Source of the DNA: a virus
DNA: 35,478 nucleotides
Virus record (IMG/VR): IMGVR_UViG_3300009702_000011
Span: 1 to 35,478 of that record
Strand: one strand, 5' to 3'
Below are positions 7,737-16,893 of the stretch, piece by piece. A model generated the notes under the pieces. It saw only the letters and a list, made by a program, of their open reading frames with translations, did not search any database and was not told the DNA's origin. Made by a program: the position numbers and the translations under genes. Within the stretch, counting starts at the first letter, position 1. Each line of letters begins with the position of its first letter.

Positions 7737-9346
7737 CGGATCGCATTACGAAACACTGGGTCTTAGACGCGTCCGACGAGCTGGCAGTGCGCAATGGCTG
7801 CCGGTTCGACGAGTCGCGAGCCCAGCATGTGATGCAGTTCTTCGAGCAGCAGTTAGTGCTTTATGAAGGCGATTGTGCCGGGCAACCTTTCAGATTGATG
7901 GACTGGCAGGCGTTGTTTTTGTCGCGGCTCTTCGGTTGGGTCCGATATAGCAAGCATTTTGGTCGCGAGGTACGTCGCTTCCGCAAGGCATCTCTGTGGG
8001 TGCCCAAAAAAAATGGCAAGTCACCGACTGGCGCCGGCATCGGACTGTATTTGCTCGTCGCAGACGGCGAACTTGGTCAGAAAGTGTTTTCAGCAGCACG
8101 GGACGGTCGACAGGCCGGGATCATGCACATGCACGCGCGGCAGATGGTGTTGCAATCGCCGGCACTGCGCGAATGTTGCACGATTAATAAATCGACCGGG
8201 CGCATAACCCACGAGCCAACGCGTTCGTGGTATGAGATCATGTCGGCTGACAATGTGCGGTCACAGGAAGGTTACAACGGCTCGGTGATCATTGACGAGA
8301 CGCACGTTGTCGATGATCGGTTGGCGAAAGTGCTTGAGTATGCTGGCGCGAGTCGCGCTGAGCCATTGCAGGTTGAATTGTCGACGGCCGGCGACACCCC
8401 CGAAGGTTACGGCAAGCGACAGTGGGATTACGGCCAGGCGGTTGCTGACGGTCGCATCAAAGACGATTCATTTCTGTACGTGGCTTACGCGGCGCCGCAG
8501 GATGCCAGTGACAAGGAGCTGGCCAAGAAGAAGACCTGGCGAGCGGCTAACCCGTCAATGGGCGTGACGGTCAACGAGGAGGAGTTCGCCGCATCGCTCA
8601 AGCGTGCTAAGCGGACGCCACACGACTGGGCGGTGTTCAAGAAGTACCGGTTCAACATTTGGCAAAACTCGGCGAATCCGTGGTTTAACCTCGATGACGA
8701 CTGGTGGCCCAGCCAAGACACCGAGACGGACATTAAAGGCTATGAGTGCGTTGCTGGCCTGGACCTTTCGCGGACTCGGGATATGTCGGCCTTGGTGCTA
8801 CTGATCCGTGTGGACGATCATCTACACCAGCGTGCATGGTTCTGGTTGCCGGAGCAACGGGCGCGCGAAATCGAAGAGGTTGGTATCGCGTCAATCAGCC
8901 AGTGGGAGAAAGATGGCTGGCTCGAGGTTACGCCGGGCAACGTGATCGATTACCAGTACATCGAGGATCGCGTTGCGAAGTTGGCTCAGGAGTATTACAT
9001 CACGCGGTTGGTGTTTGACCCGCGATTTGCCGAGGAACTGACCCAGCGGATCGAGATGAACTATGGTATTCAGCGAGTCGCGTTAGCGCAGTCGGCCGCG
9101 AAAATGACACCACCGATTGACGAATACGAGCGGCAAGTGTTGGCTCACACGATCCATCACGATGGCAACCCGGTGCTCGCCTGGCAGGCTGGCAATGTGA
9201 AGGTTCACACGTATCCAAGCGGTGTCAAGATGCTGGTGAAGCCGGACTTTGACCAAATGAAATCAATTGACGGCATCGTGGCGGCTGTAATCGCGATGAG
9301 CGAGGCAATGGCGGTCGACTCGGTTGGCAAACCTGCTATTTATTGA
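7733..9346 (+). CDS. terL: Terminase large subunit
   Basis: 537 aa. It carries a Walker-A-like VPKKNGKSPTGAG, an IIDETH Walker-B/DExH-like motif and a C-terminal nuclease region (GLDLS...D). The position is conserved. Confidence 0.95.
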   Translation: MTDRITKHWVLDASDELAVRNGCRFDESRAQHVMQFFEQQLVLYEGDCAGQPFRLMDWQALFLSRLFGWVRYSKHFGREVRRFRKASLWVPKKNGKSPTGAGIGLYLLVADGELGQKVFSAARDGRQAGIMHMHARQMVLQSPALRECCTINKSTGRITHEPTRSWYEIMSADNVRSQEGYNGSVIIDETHVVDDRLAKVLEYAGASRAEPLQVELSTAGDTPEGYGKRQWDYGQAVADGRIKDDSFLYVAYAAPQDASDKELAKKKTWRAANPSMGVTVNEEEFAASLKRAKRTPHDWAVFKKYRFNIWQNSANPWFNLDDDWWPSQDTETDIKGYECVAGLDLSRTRDMSALVLLIRVDDHLHQRAWFWLPEQRAREIEEVGIASISQWEKDGWLEVTPGNVIDYQYIEDRVAKLAQEYYITRLVFDPRFAEELTQRIEMNYGIQRVALAQSAAKMTPPIDEYERQVLAHTIHHDGNPVLAWQAGNVKVHTYPSGVKMLVKPDFDQMKSIDGIVAAVIAMSEAMAVDSVGKPAIY

Positions 9347-9354
9347 GGCACAAG

Positions 9355-10941
9355 ATGGGCTACATCACACAGTATTTTGCTATGCCAGATCCGCACGTGC
9401 CGGGCATATTTGACGCCACCGCTAATACGCCAAGTGACTGGATGTTCGAGGCATTTGGCCGGACGTCGACCGACTCGGGGATCAGCGTGACGGCCGACTC
9501 AGCATTGACATTAGCACCGTGGTTTCAGGGGATTTCGACGATCGCGGCATCGGTGGCGATGGTGCCATTGGACGTTTACGAGCGTGCGGCGGACGATAAT
9601 CGAATCAAACACCGCGATCATGCGGCCTATGAACTATTGAATCGCAGGGCCAATCGCGTTATGACCGCATTTACCGTGCGGGAGATTCTACAAGCTCATG
9701 CATTGAGTTGGGGTAACGGATATGCGGCAATTGTGTCGCGTGGTAGCAAGCCGGCGGAGTTGGTGCCGTTGATGCCGGATGTGACCGAGCCAGTGCGGAC
9801 GGCGGACGGTGGCGTTGCATATGAGACGACGTTACTCGACGGCACCAAAAAGGTGATTGCTGGCGATAACGTGCTGCACATTAAGGGGCTTGGTTATGAC
9901 GGCCTAAAAGGCTATAGCGTGTTTCGCTACGCACGTAACAGTCTCGGTCTTGGCATCGCTGCTGAGCGGTATGGAGCACGGCATTTCAAGAACAATGCCC
10001 AGCCAAATGTGGTGCTGAAATATCCGGCCAGGCTGAGCAAGGAGGATGCCGACCAACTGCTAGAGCAGTGGGAGCGGCGGCATAGTGGTGTCGCCAACGC
10101 GGCACGACCGGCGTTGGTGTCGGGCGGTCTGGACGTTGTACCGATGTCGATGAGCAACGAGGATAGCCAGTGGCTCCAAAGTCGTGAGTTTCAGCGGACT
10201 GAAGTTGCCAGTTGGTTGTGCATTCCGCCGATCAAACTCGGTATCAAAGCCAGTAGCTACAACAGCGTGGAGGCCGAGGAGCGTGCCTACGTGAGCCAGA
10301 CACTCATGCGGTGGTTTCGTCGCTGGGAGGCCGAAGGTGATGTTAAATTGCTATCAGGACGGCAGCAGCGTGCGTGGTGGTACATGGAGCACCAGTCGGG
10401 TGCGTTGATCCAGGGCGATTTTACCACTCAAGCGAACGTCGCGGTTAATCTGAAAAACGCCATGATTATTACCCGTAATGAGGCCCGCAAGAAGTTCAAT
10501 TTGAACGCCGTGGATGGTGGCGACGACTTCGAAAACTCCAACACCACCTCGGGCAGCGTGACGCCGACCAGTGACACGGCAGCGAATGCGGCCAATGACC
10601 TAATTCGCGACCGTGCCGAGCATTTGGTAAAGACCGAGTGCAATTCGGTGCGACGCCTTCAGGACGCAGCGGATCTCGACGGTGCATTGCGGTCGTTTTA
10701 CGACCAGTTTCAGATGCGGATGGCAAGTGCGTTGCGACCGTGCATTCGTATGTACCGTGCGTTGGGATGCGAGGCGGCAGATGCGGATGTCGTGGCTGAG
10801 TGGTATTGCCGGCTATCGCTCGATACGCTAAGCGACACAATCGCGTCAGTGGGCAGTGCTGGCATAGTCGATGAATGCAATCAATGGCCGGAGCGACGGC
10901 CGGCGGATCTACTAACAAGAATCACCGGGGGTGAGCTATGA
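9355..10941 (+). CDS. Portal protein (HK97 family)
   Basis: ~529 aa between terL and the prohead protease, with typical HK97-portal segments (WGNGYA, LKGYSV, SNEDSQWLQSREF). Confidence 0.9.
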   Translation: MGYITQYFAMPDPHVPGIFDATANTPSDWMFEAFGRTSTDSGISVTADSALTLAPWFQGISTIAASVAMVPLDVYERAADDNRIKHRDHAAYELLNRRANRVMTAFTVREILQAHALSWGNGYAAIVSRGSKPAELVPLMPDVTEPVRTADGGVAYETTLLDGTKKVIAGDNVLHIKGLGYDGLKGYSVFRYARNSLGLGIAAERYGARHFKNNAQPNVVLKYPARLSKEDADQLLEQWERRHSGVANAARPALVSGGLDVVPMSMSNEDSQWLQSREFQRTEVASWLCIPPIKLGIKASSYNSVEAEERAYVSQTLMRWFRRWEAEGDVKLLSGRQQRAWWYMEHQSGALIQGDFTTQANVAVNLKNAMIITRNEARKKFNLNAVDGGDDFENSNTTSGSVTPTSDTAANAANDLIRDRAEHLVKTECNSVRRLQDAADLDGALRSFYDQFQMRMASALRPCIRMYRALGCEAADADVVAEWYCRLSLDTLSDTIASVGSAGIVDECNQWPERRPADLLTRITGGEL

Positions 10942-11660
10942 ACGAATCAAGATTTGCGATGCTCTTGTCGATGGGCGTGCCGCGTCGCGCGGCGGAACAA
11001 GTTGCTGGCCAAAAAGGACATGCCGGTCGCATTGAATTTCGTGACGCCGGTGACAACGCGGCCGAACTGCTCATTTATGAGCAGATCGGTTACGACTGGT
11101 GGGCTGATGGAGGCATGACCGCCACGCGGTTTGCCGAGGAGCTGAAATCGATTGCCGGCGTGGATTCGCTGACAGTGCGGATCAACTCGCCAGGCGGTGA
11201 CGTCTGGGATGGCATGTCGATTTACAATCAGCTTGTCACATTTGGGCCGCAGGTCAATGTCATAGTGGACGGTATTGCGGCATCGATCGCATCCTTGGTG
11301 GCGATGGCCGGCGATCACGTGCAGGCATCCGAAGTGTCGCAACTGATGATTCACGACGCGTGGACCGGCTTATATGGCAACGAGCAGGAGCTACGCGACA
11401 TGGCGGACGTTCTGGCCAAGATCGACCAGCAGATTGCCGACACATTTGCTGCACGCAGCGGACGACCGGCTGCCGAGTTCCGGAATTTGATGAATAAAGA
11501 TACGTATTTGACGGCTGAAGAGGCCAAGACGCTTGGTATCGTGGACGAGGTCATAAACGCACGAAAAGCTGGTGAAAACGCCGCAAGCGACAGCGTAAAG
11601 ACGCGAATTAAGGCCCGTCAACGGCAAATTACGCTGTTGTCGGCGGCCAGCGGTATTTGA
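10938..11660 (+). CDS. ClpP-like (S14) prohead maturation protease
   Basis: INSPGGDVWDGMSIYNQL...VDGIAASIASLVAMAGD...MIHDAW matches the ClpP-family Ser/His contexts. It has an ATGA overlap with the portal stop. Confidence 0.9.
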   Translation: MNESRFAMLLSMGVPRRAAEQVAGQKGHAGRIEFRDAGDNAAELLIYEQIGYDWWADGGMTATRFAEELKSIAGVDSLTVRINSPGGDVWDGMSIYNQLVTFGPQVNVIVDGIAASIASLVAMAGDHVQASEVSQLMIHDAWTGLYGNEQELRDMADVLAKIDQQIADTFAARSGRPAAEFRNLMNKDTYLTAEEAKTLGIVDEVINARKAGENAASDSVKTRIKARQRQITLLSAASGI

Positions 11661-11749
11661 CAAGTAGGCCAAAATCAGTACAGTACGGAGTGGACAGAAA
11701 CACGGCAATAACCACGCACATGCCTGGAAATCGCTAAAGCGTTGCCCCT

Positions 11750-11813
11750 AAAACGCGGCGATGCAGTGTTGTTTGTAAGCAAAGCAAGCAAGACTGTGTC
11801 GCCGCGTTTTTTT
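11750..11813 (+). terminator. Long imperfect hairpin + T7 tract between protease and capsid genes (terminator-like)
   Basis: AAAACGCGGCGA (11750-11761) pairs with TCGCCGCGTTTT (11799-11810), with further pairing inside. It is followed by a T-run at 11807-11813. Confidence 0.4.
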
Positions 11814-11845
11814 CGTTGCGGCACGACGAAAAAAAGGAGCAGATA

Positions 11846-13201
11846 ATGCTAAAACGCATGAGTGCCAAAGAAATCCGCGAGTTGATTGCAGAGGGTATTG
11901 CTGAAAACAAAGCGATGCTGAAGATTGCAGCGGACGAGGACCGCGACCTGACGGACGAAGAGGAAAAGCAGTTCAACGCCACTGTGTCTGAAATCGGTCA
12001 CCAGACAGTCCGCGACGAGTCCGCAACCGGTCTGTATGCAGATCTCGAAGCCGCCGAGAAGTGGGAGACAACCGTCGCTCAGTTCGCCGGTCGTCAAACC
12101 AACCCACTGACGCCGCAAGCGTCCACGGCGCGAACCGTACCAGCCACACCGCGAGCGTATGGCAAGCTGCGCGCGTTTCAGGGTGAGAACGCGGATCGCG
12201 AGGCGTACGAGTGCGGCATGTGGCTCAAGGCCACGCTGCTGCACAATCAGGCGGCAATTGATTACTGCAACGATAACGGCATCGACATTCGCATGGCCCA
12301 GACTGAAGGCACCACGACTGCCGGTGGCTATACGGTGCCTGATCCATTGGCGGCGGCCGTCATCAATGTGCGTGAGCGGACCGGTGCCAGCCGTGCAGTC
12401 AGTCGCATCGTGCCGATGACGGCCGACACGTTGAATTTTCCGAAACGCACCAGCGGTCAGACTGTGTACTACCCTGGTGAGGCAACCGCGATTACCGCGA
12501 GCGATAAGGTTTACGGTCAGGTTGCGTTGAGCGTCGTCAAACGCGCCGTGATGACCAAAATCAGCAACGAGCTGATCGCGGATTCGTTGATCAATGTGGT
12601 TGACGACATCGCTGTCGATGGGGGCCATGCCCTAGCGTACCAAGAGGACAACGAGTTCATTAACGGCGATGGCACCGGCACCTATGGCAGCGAAACCGGC
12701 CTGATTTCCGCACTCGGAGCGGCCGGCAAGCACACGCTTAGTGTCGGTGAGACGGCGTGGAGCAATGTCGTATTGTCAGACTTCAACACACTGATGGGTA
12801 CAATGCCGGACAAGTTCTGGATGGACCCGGATATGTACTGGGTCATGCGGCGTGATTTCTTCGCTCAGGTCGTGCAAAAGCTGCTGTATGCGGCTGGTGG
12901 CAACACCGTCGACACAATTGCCGGTGGCAGCCGGCCATCATTGATGGGTTATCCGATCGTGTTTACCGACCGGATGCCTGCCGACGGGGCTGGCAAAGCG
13001 ACCTGCTTCTTTGGCAACTTCCGGGCGGGCGTCGTGATCGGTGATCGCCAGACCATCGAAATCGCGTCCAGCAGCGATTACGCATTTGACGAGGACGTGC
13101 TGACCGTGCGGTTGACGTCGCGTTACGACATCAACGTGCATGAGCCGGGCGACGGCTCGAATGCAGGTGCGGTCGTAGGGATGTTCACCTCGGCCACGTA
13201 A
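11846..13201 (+). CDS. Major capsid protein, HK97 fold, with N-terminal coiled-coil (delta/scaffold-like) domain
   Basis: ATG 11846 follows AAGGAG. The N-terminus is charged and helical, and the core is GGYTVPDPLAAAVI...MTKISNELIADS...FINGDGTG..., typical of the HK97 MCP family. Confidence 0.95.
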   Translation: MLKRMSAKEIRELIAEGIAENKAMLKIAADEDRDLTDEEEKQFNATVSEIGHQTVRDESATGLYADLEAAEKWETTVAQFAGRQTNPLTPQASTARTVPATPRAYGKLRAFQGENADREAYECGMWLKATLLHNQAAIDYCNDNGIDIRMAQTEGTTTAGGYTVPDPLAAAVINVRERTGASRAVSRIVPMTADTLNFPKRTSGQTVYYPGEATAITASDKVYGQVALSVVKRAVMTKISNELIADSLINVVDDIAVDGGHALAYQEDNEFINGDGTGTYGSETGLISALGAAGKHTLSVGETAWSNVVLSDFNTLMGTMPDKFWMDPDMYWVMRRDFFAQVVQKLLYAAGGNTVDTIAGGSRPSLMGYPIVFTDRMPADGAGKATCFFGNFRAGVVIGDRQTIEIASSSDYAFDEDVLTVRLTSRYDINVHEPGDGSNAGAVVGMFTSAT

Positions 13202-13268
13202 CTATTGGGGTTAGCGTAGGCTCCCGGCAGGGACGCTGGGAGCCACGCAATTTGAGAGCCGATAGACC

Positions 13269-13490
13269 ATGAAAATCCGATTCACTGAGAATTGGCGAAG
13301 CTACCGAGCCGGCGTGTCAGCGGACCTCGACACTGGGGTCGCGGAACTGCTCGTGCATCGTGGTTTTGCCGTGTTGTCGCGGAGGCCAAAAAATCGTGGT
13401 CCCATACAGCCGAAAGCGAACCAGCGAACCAGCAGTCGAACCGGTAACCGTCAGCGAGCTAAAAGACCATCTCGGTCTGACGGGAACTGA
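13269..13490 (+). CDS. Small hypothetical protein (extent uncertain)
   Basis: 73-aa ORF after the capsid gene. Its 3' third overlaps the connector gene by about 95 nt in another frame. Confidence 0.35.
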   Translation: MKIRFTENWRSYRAGVSADLDTGVAELLVHRGFAVLSRRPKNRGPIQPKANQRTSSRTGNRQRAKRPSRSDGN

Positions 13491-13962
13491 GCAAGACGTG
13501 CGGTTGTCGGCACTGATTGCCGCCGGCCGGCGTGCGGTCGAGCGTGACACCGGATTATCGTTAATCACGCAGACGTGGCAACTGGTGTGCGATGGGTCAT
13601 TCCCGGCGGACGGCATTGAGTTGCTGCACGGTCCGGTACAGTCTGTCAGTTCAGTGCAATACGTGGACGCTGATGGCAACACGAGCACGGTGGCAACTAG
13701 CGTTTATGACGTCGACACGGCCAGCAACCCTGGGGTGATCCGGCTTGCCTACGGCCAGACCTGGCCCACGGTTCGTGGTGATGATCGTGGTATTACGGTC
13801 ACTTATGTGACGGGGTACGGCGACACGATTGATGACGTGCCGCAGGAACTGCGTGAGGCGGTCAAGTTGGCGGCACAATTGCATTACGACTCTCCAGTGG
13901 CACAACTGGTCAATGCTTATGAACGCGTGGTAGCGGCGAATCGCGTGGGAGTCTACCCGTGA
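13396..13962 (+). CDS. Head-tail connector (gp6-like) protein
   Basis: VTVSELKDHLGLTGTEQDVRLSALIAAGRRAVERDTG is the typical gp6-like N-terminus. GTG 13396 follows GGAGG (13381-13385). Confidence 0.75.
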   Translation: MVPYSRKRTSEPAVEPVTVSELKDHLGLTGTEQDVRLSALIAAGRRAVERDTGLSLITQTWQLVCDGSFPADGIELLHGPVQSVSSVQYVDADGNTSTVATSVYDVDTASNPGVIRLAYGQTWPTVRGDDRGITVTYVTGYGDTIDDVPQELREAVKLAAQLHYDSPVAQLVNAYERVVAANRVGVYP

Positions 13963-14297
13963 TCGATAATTATCCCATCACGAGCCGGTCACTGCGGCAT
14001 GTATGCACGCTACAAGCGTTTACGCAATCGTCGACCGATGCCCGTGGGCAACCGGTTGGTAGTTGGGTAGATGGCGATACGATTTATGCACGCATCAATC
14101 CACTTGGTGGCCGTAACGCCGAATACGCCAATCAGCTCTATGCCGATGCGACCCATGAGATTCTGATTCGGTATCGATCGGATATTACGCGGTCGCATCG
14201 CTTGGTGCTCGGCAGCCGGACATTTACGATCGGCAGCGTACAAAATGTGAACGAGCTGAATCGGTGGTTGCGGCTGTTATGTAAAGAAGACGTGTGA
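13959..14297 (+). CDS. Head closure / head-tail adaptor protein
   Basis: 112 aa with a GTGA overlap. The pattern ...YARINPLGGRNAEYANQLYADATHEILIRYRSDIT...FTIGSV resembles SPP1 gp16-like head closure proteins. Confidence 0.7.
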   Translation: MIDNYPITSRSLRHVCTLQAFTQSSTDARGQPVGSWVDGDTIYARINPLGGRNAEYANQLYADATHEILIRYRSDITRSHRLVLGSRTFTIGSVQNVNELNRWLRLLCKEDV

Positions 14298-14794
14298 TGG
14301 TAGATGGCATTACTGTCGAGCTAGAAGGCGCCCAACAGGCGATGCGAAACATCCAGACGCTGGAACGCAAGATGGTGCGTCGGATTGTGTCGGCGGGCGT
14401 GCGAGCCGGCAATAAGGAGATTCGCACCGAAGCACGTATGGACGCACCGGTTCGCACCGGGCAACTGCGGCGGCAGATCAGGGCCAGCGTGAAGATGAAT
14501 CAGGCCACTGGCACGGTAACCGGCACAACGTATCAGAAATCGACCAAGAAAGAACGCCGCAAAGGCCAGCGTGCTCATGCGATCCATTTAGTGGTTGGTG
14601 GTACGAAGCCACACGATATACCGCATGCGACATTCCAGGGTCATTCGTACGCACTCGTGCATCATCCAGGGACGAAGCCGAACCCGTTCATGGAGCGTGC
14701 CGCACATCGAGTATTCGGTCGAGCCGTGTCGGCGTTTAATAAGGCGTTCAAGGCCAAATTGGATGCTGAAGTACACGCATTACCAAAGCGATAA
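14294..14794 (+). CDS. HK97 gp10-family tail component
   Basis: 166 aa in the syntenic position. VRTGQLRRQIRA... is typical of the gp10 family. Confidence 0.7.
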   Translation: MMVDGITVELEGAQQAMRNIQTLERKMVRRIVSAGVRAGNKEIRTEARMDAPVRTGQLRRQIRASVKMNQATGTVTGTTYQKSTKKERRKGQRAHAIHLVVGGTKPHDIPHATFQGHSYALVHHPGTKPNPFMERAAHRVFGRAVSAFNKAFKAKLDAEVHALPKR

Positions 14795-14798
14795 TTAG

Positions 14799-15212
14799 AT
14801 GGCATCAACAGGCGAAAACCTCCGCACTCTCACGCTGGCCGATACCACGGTAACCGGCTATGTCAGTACACGGATGTACCAGAATACGGTGCCGCAGGGT
14901 GCCACATTGCCATATATCTGGTACATGCGACGTGGTGTTGCCGGTAACGACGTGATCGGCGAGGTGGAGTCGGTGCCGATGCATGAATACTGGGACATCG
15001 AATGCGTCAGCGATTCGGTCGATACCGCGATCGATCTGGCTGACGCAGTGCGTGCGGCCCTGGATGGCCACAGTGGCGAATACGAATCAGGTGGTGATAC
15101 CGTCCAATGGATTGACGTGCGGGACCAGTCGGACGATTACATCGTGCGAAATGAGAGTGCTGACGAGGTACTGTCAGTCGCATCATTAGACGTAGAGGTG
15201 GTGAATCCATGA
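14799..15212 (+). CDS. Tail completion/terminator-like protein (DUF3168-like)
   Basis: 137 aa, called from synteny and an N-terminal pattern (L..L..D..V...V..R.Y......Q....PYI.Y). Confidence 0.55.
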   Translation: MASTGENLRTLTLADTTVTGYVSTRMYQNTVPQGATLPYIWYMRRGVAGNDVIGEVESVPMHEYWDIECVSDSVDTAIDLADAVRAALDGHSGEYESGGDTVQWIDVRDQSDDYIVRNESADEVLSVASLDVEVVNP

Positions 15213-15835
15213 GCGACGCAGGAAGAATAAACGGCGATCTTCGCATTACCGGGGATCTGATGGTTAATGGCAGCATGCCTGAAATTGATCGAACCACGCT
15301 GGCTCAGGACAGCAATGCCGAGTATGTCATTCCGCTTACGCAGGCACGCGTGTGGGATGCGATGGGAAGCAATTTGCCGAATACTTCGAGTGCTGACGAT
15401 CTGGCGATCGATGGCGGCACGTTCGGCACGGATTCGCCGAAGATCACGACCGGCGACGTCAAGGCGTCCACGGTCACCAGGCATGCACGACTGCTGGCCG
15501 AATTGCCGCCCGAGTACGTGGATGGCCAGAGCGTGACCGTGCGAGTGCACGCCGGCATGGAGACGACTGTTGCCGATACGTCGGCGACGGTGGATGTGGA
15601 GTGCTACAAGAGCGACAAAGAGACCGGCATTGGAAGCGACATCTGCACGACGGCAGCTCAATCGATCAATTCACTGACGTTCGCGGACATGGACTTCACG
15701 ATCACGCCGTCCGGTCTATCGTCCGGTGACGTGTTGGATATTCGCATTACCGTGGCGGTTACGGACGCGGCCACGGCAACGGCGGTGATGGCATCAATCG
15801 GTGCAATCGAATTGCTTCTCGACATTAAGGGCTAA
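15209..15835 (+). CDS. Hypothetical structural protein inserted between tail completion and major tail genes
   Basis: 208-aa ORF with an ATGA overlap to the upstream gene. No motif recognised. Confidence 0.55.
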   Translation: MSDAGRINGDLRITGDLMVNGSMPEIDRTTLAQDSNAEYVIPLTQARVWDAMGSNLPNTSSADDLAIDGGTFGTDSPKITTGDVKASTVTRHARLLAELPPEYVDGQSVTVRVHAGMETTVADTSATVDVECYKSDKETGIGSDICTTAAQSINSLTFADMDFTITPSGLSSGDVLDIRITVAVTDAATATAVMASIGAIELLLDIKG

Positions 15836-15839
15836 GAAC

Positions 15840-16271
15840 ATGGCAAAAAACAGGTACACCGGCAAATCCGGTCTGGTCAAGGTCAACGATAACGGCGACG
15901 GATCAACCTTCAATACGGTTGGTTTGTCGCGGAGCCTCACGCCACCGCCGGAGGTGAAGGCGAAAATAGACGTCACCGGCATGGAGGACACCGTCTTCCA
16001 AGAGAAAGCCGGCATCGAGCAATCGTCTGAGTTCGTGTTCACCGAGATTTGGGATTCGGCTGACACGACCGATTCAGCGATCGATACGCTCTATGGCAGT
16101 GAAGACGCGGTCAAATGGCAGGTGATTCTGAGCGACGGTACTAACACTTGGACGCAGGAGTTCAGCGGCTGGGTCTCCGGTATTACGCCGCAATCCGTGG
16201 ATGGCACGACAGCGGTAACGCGTCAGGTTACGGTAGCACGTACGACGGCAATTACCCATTCGGTGGCGTGA
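15840..16271 (+). CDS. Major tail protein
   Basis: 143 aa immediately upstream of the chaperone pair. The N-terminus GKSGLVKVNDNGDGSTFNTVGLSRSLTPP...IDVTGMEDT is typical of siphoviral major tail proteins. Confidence 0.7.
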   Translation: MAKNRYTGKSGLVKVNDNGDGSTFNTVGLSRSLTPPPEVKAKIDVTGMEDTVFQEKAGIEQSSEFVFTEIWDSADTTDSAIDTLYGSEDAVKWQVILSDGTNTWTQEFSGWVSGITPQSVDGTTAVTRQVTVARTTAITHSVA

Positions 16272-16585
16272 TGAGTTTAGCGGAAATCGCACGTAAACAG
16301 GAACAAATCGCCTATGAGCCCTGGGGCCGTGACGTTGTCATGGTTCCCATTTCGGCTCGCGATCTTTGCGACATGCATGCGTCGTTCGCGGAGCTGCAAG
16401 GCAAGGATTTGGACACCGCCGAAGCGCTGGAGTTTTATGCCGAGCTGCTGTCATTGAGCGTGATGGACCCGAAAGCCACCAAGGAAGAGTGGCTATCTGA
16501 CGTGACGCCGAAGGCGGTGATGGACCTTGGACAAGAAGCGTTGCGATTGAGTGGTTTGGTCTCCGAGGACGCTAAAAAAAACTAG
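16271..16585 (+). CDS. Tail assembly chaperone (gpG-like)
   Basis: 104 aa and acidic. It lies between the major tail and tape measure genes and ends in an A8 run before TAG. Confidence 0.75.
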   Translation: MSLAEIARKQEQIAYEPWGRDVVMVPISARDLCDMHASFAELQGKDLDTAEALEFYAELLSLSVMDPKATKEEWLSDVTPKAVMDLGQEALRLSGLVSEDAKKN

Positions 16586-16893
16586 ACAATCCGCTCTATC
16601 GGCTGGCGTTTCGATTGTGCTTGGTGACCGGTGAATTGCACCCGGATCGATTGTTAGAGAGGCTAACAGCGGCCGAGTTATTGAGCTGGTGGACCTATTA
16701 TCAGAATGAGCCATGGGGTGAAGAACGAGCCGATTTGCGAGAAATGGCGGTTATTGGCATGACCCATGGCAGTGACGAATTTCGGCTCCCGTGGCCCTAC
16801 GCGGAGCCGAAGCCGGACGCCGACGAACTGCTGGACGAATTCGAGCGACTGAAAGATATGGACCATGGCAACAGCGGCGAAAATCGACATTAA
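16271..16893 (+). CDS. Tail assembly chaperone GT-like fusion via -1 programmed frameshift at 16576-16582
   Basis: The -1 frame has a TAA at 16573-16575 and is open from 16576 to 16893. It overlaps the tape-measure start at 16865. Confidence 0.65.
16576..16582 (+). promoter_or_regulatory. Slippery heptamer A AAA AAC (-1 frameshift site)
   Basis: Zero-frame codons are GCT AAA AAA AAC TAG. The X XXY YYZ pattern sits at 16576-16582, directly before the stop. Confidence 0.65.

Noticed and set aside
11849-12628. 259-aa minus-strand ORF inside the major capsid gene. Similar long antisense ORFs occur at 1092-1751, 15137-15661, 21078-21704, 22224-22736, 30360-30923, 31787-32347 and 33085-33627.
   Set aside because: Each lies fully antisense to a + strand gene with strong family motifs. 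They lack SD sequences, have Arg/Ser/Pro-rich low-complexity translations, and are expected by chance in GC-rich DNA.
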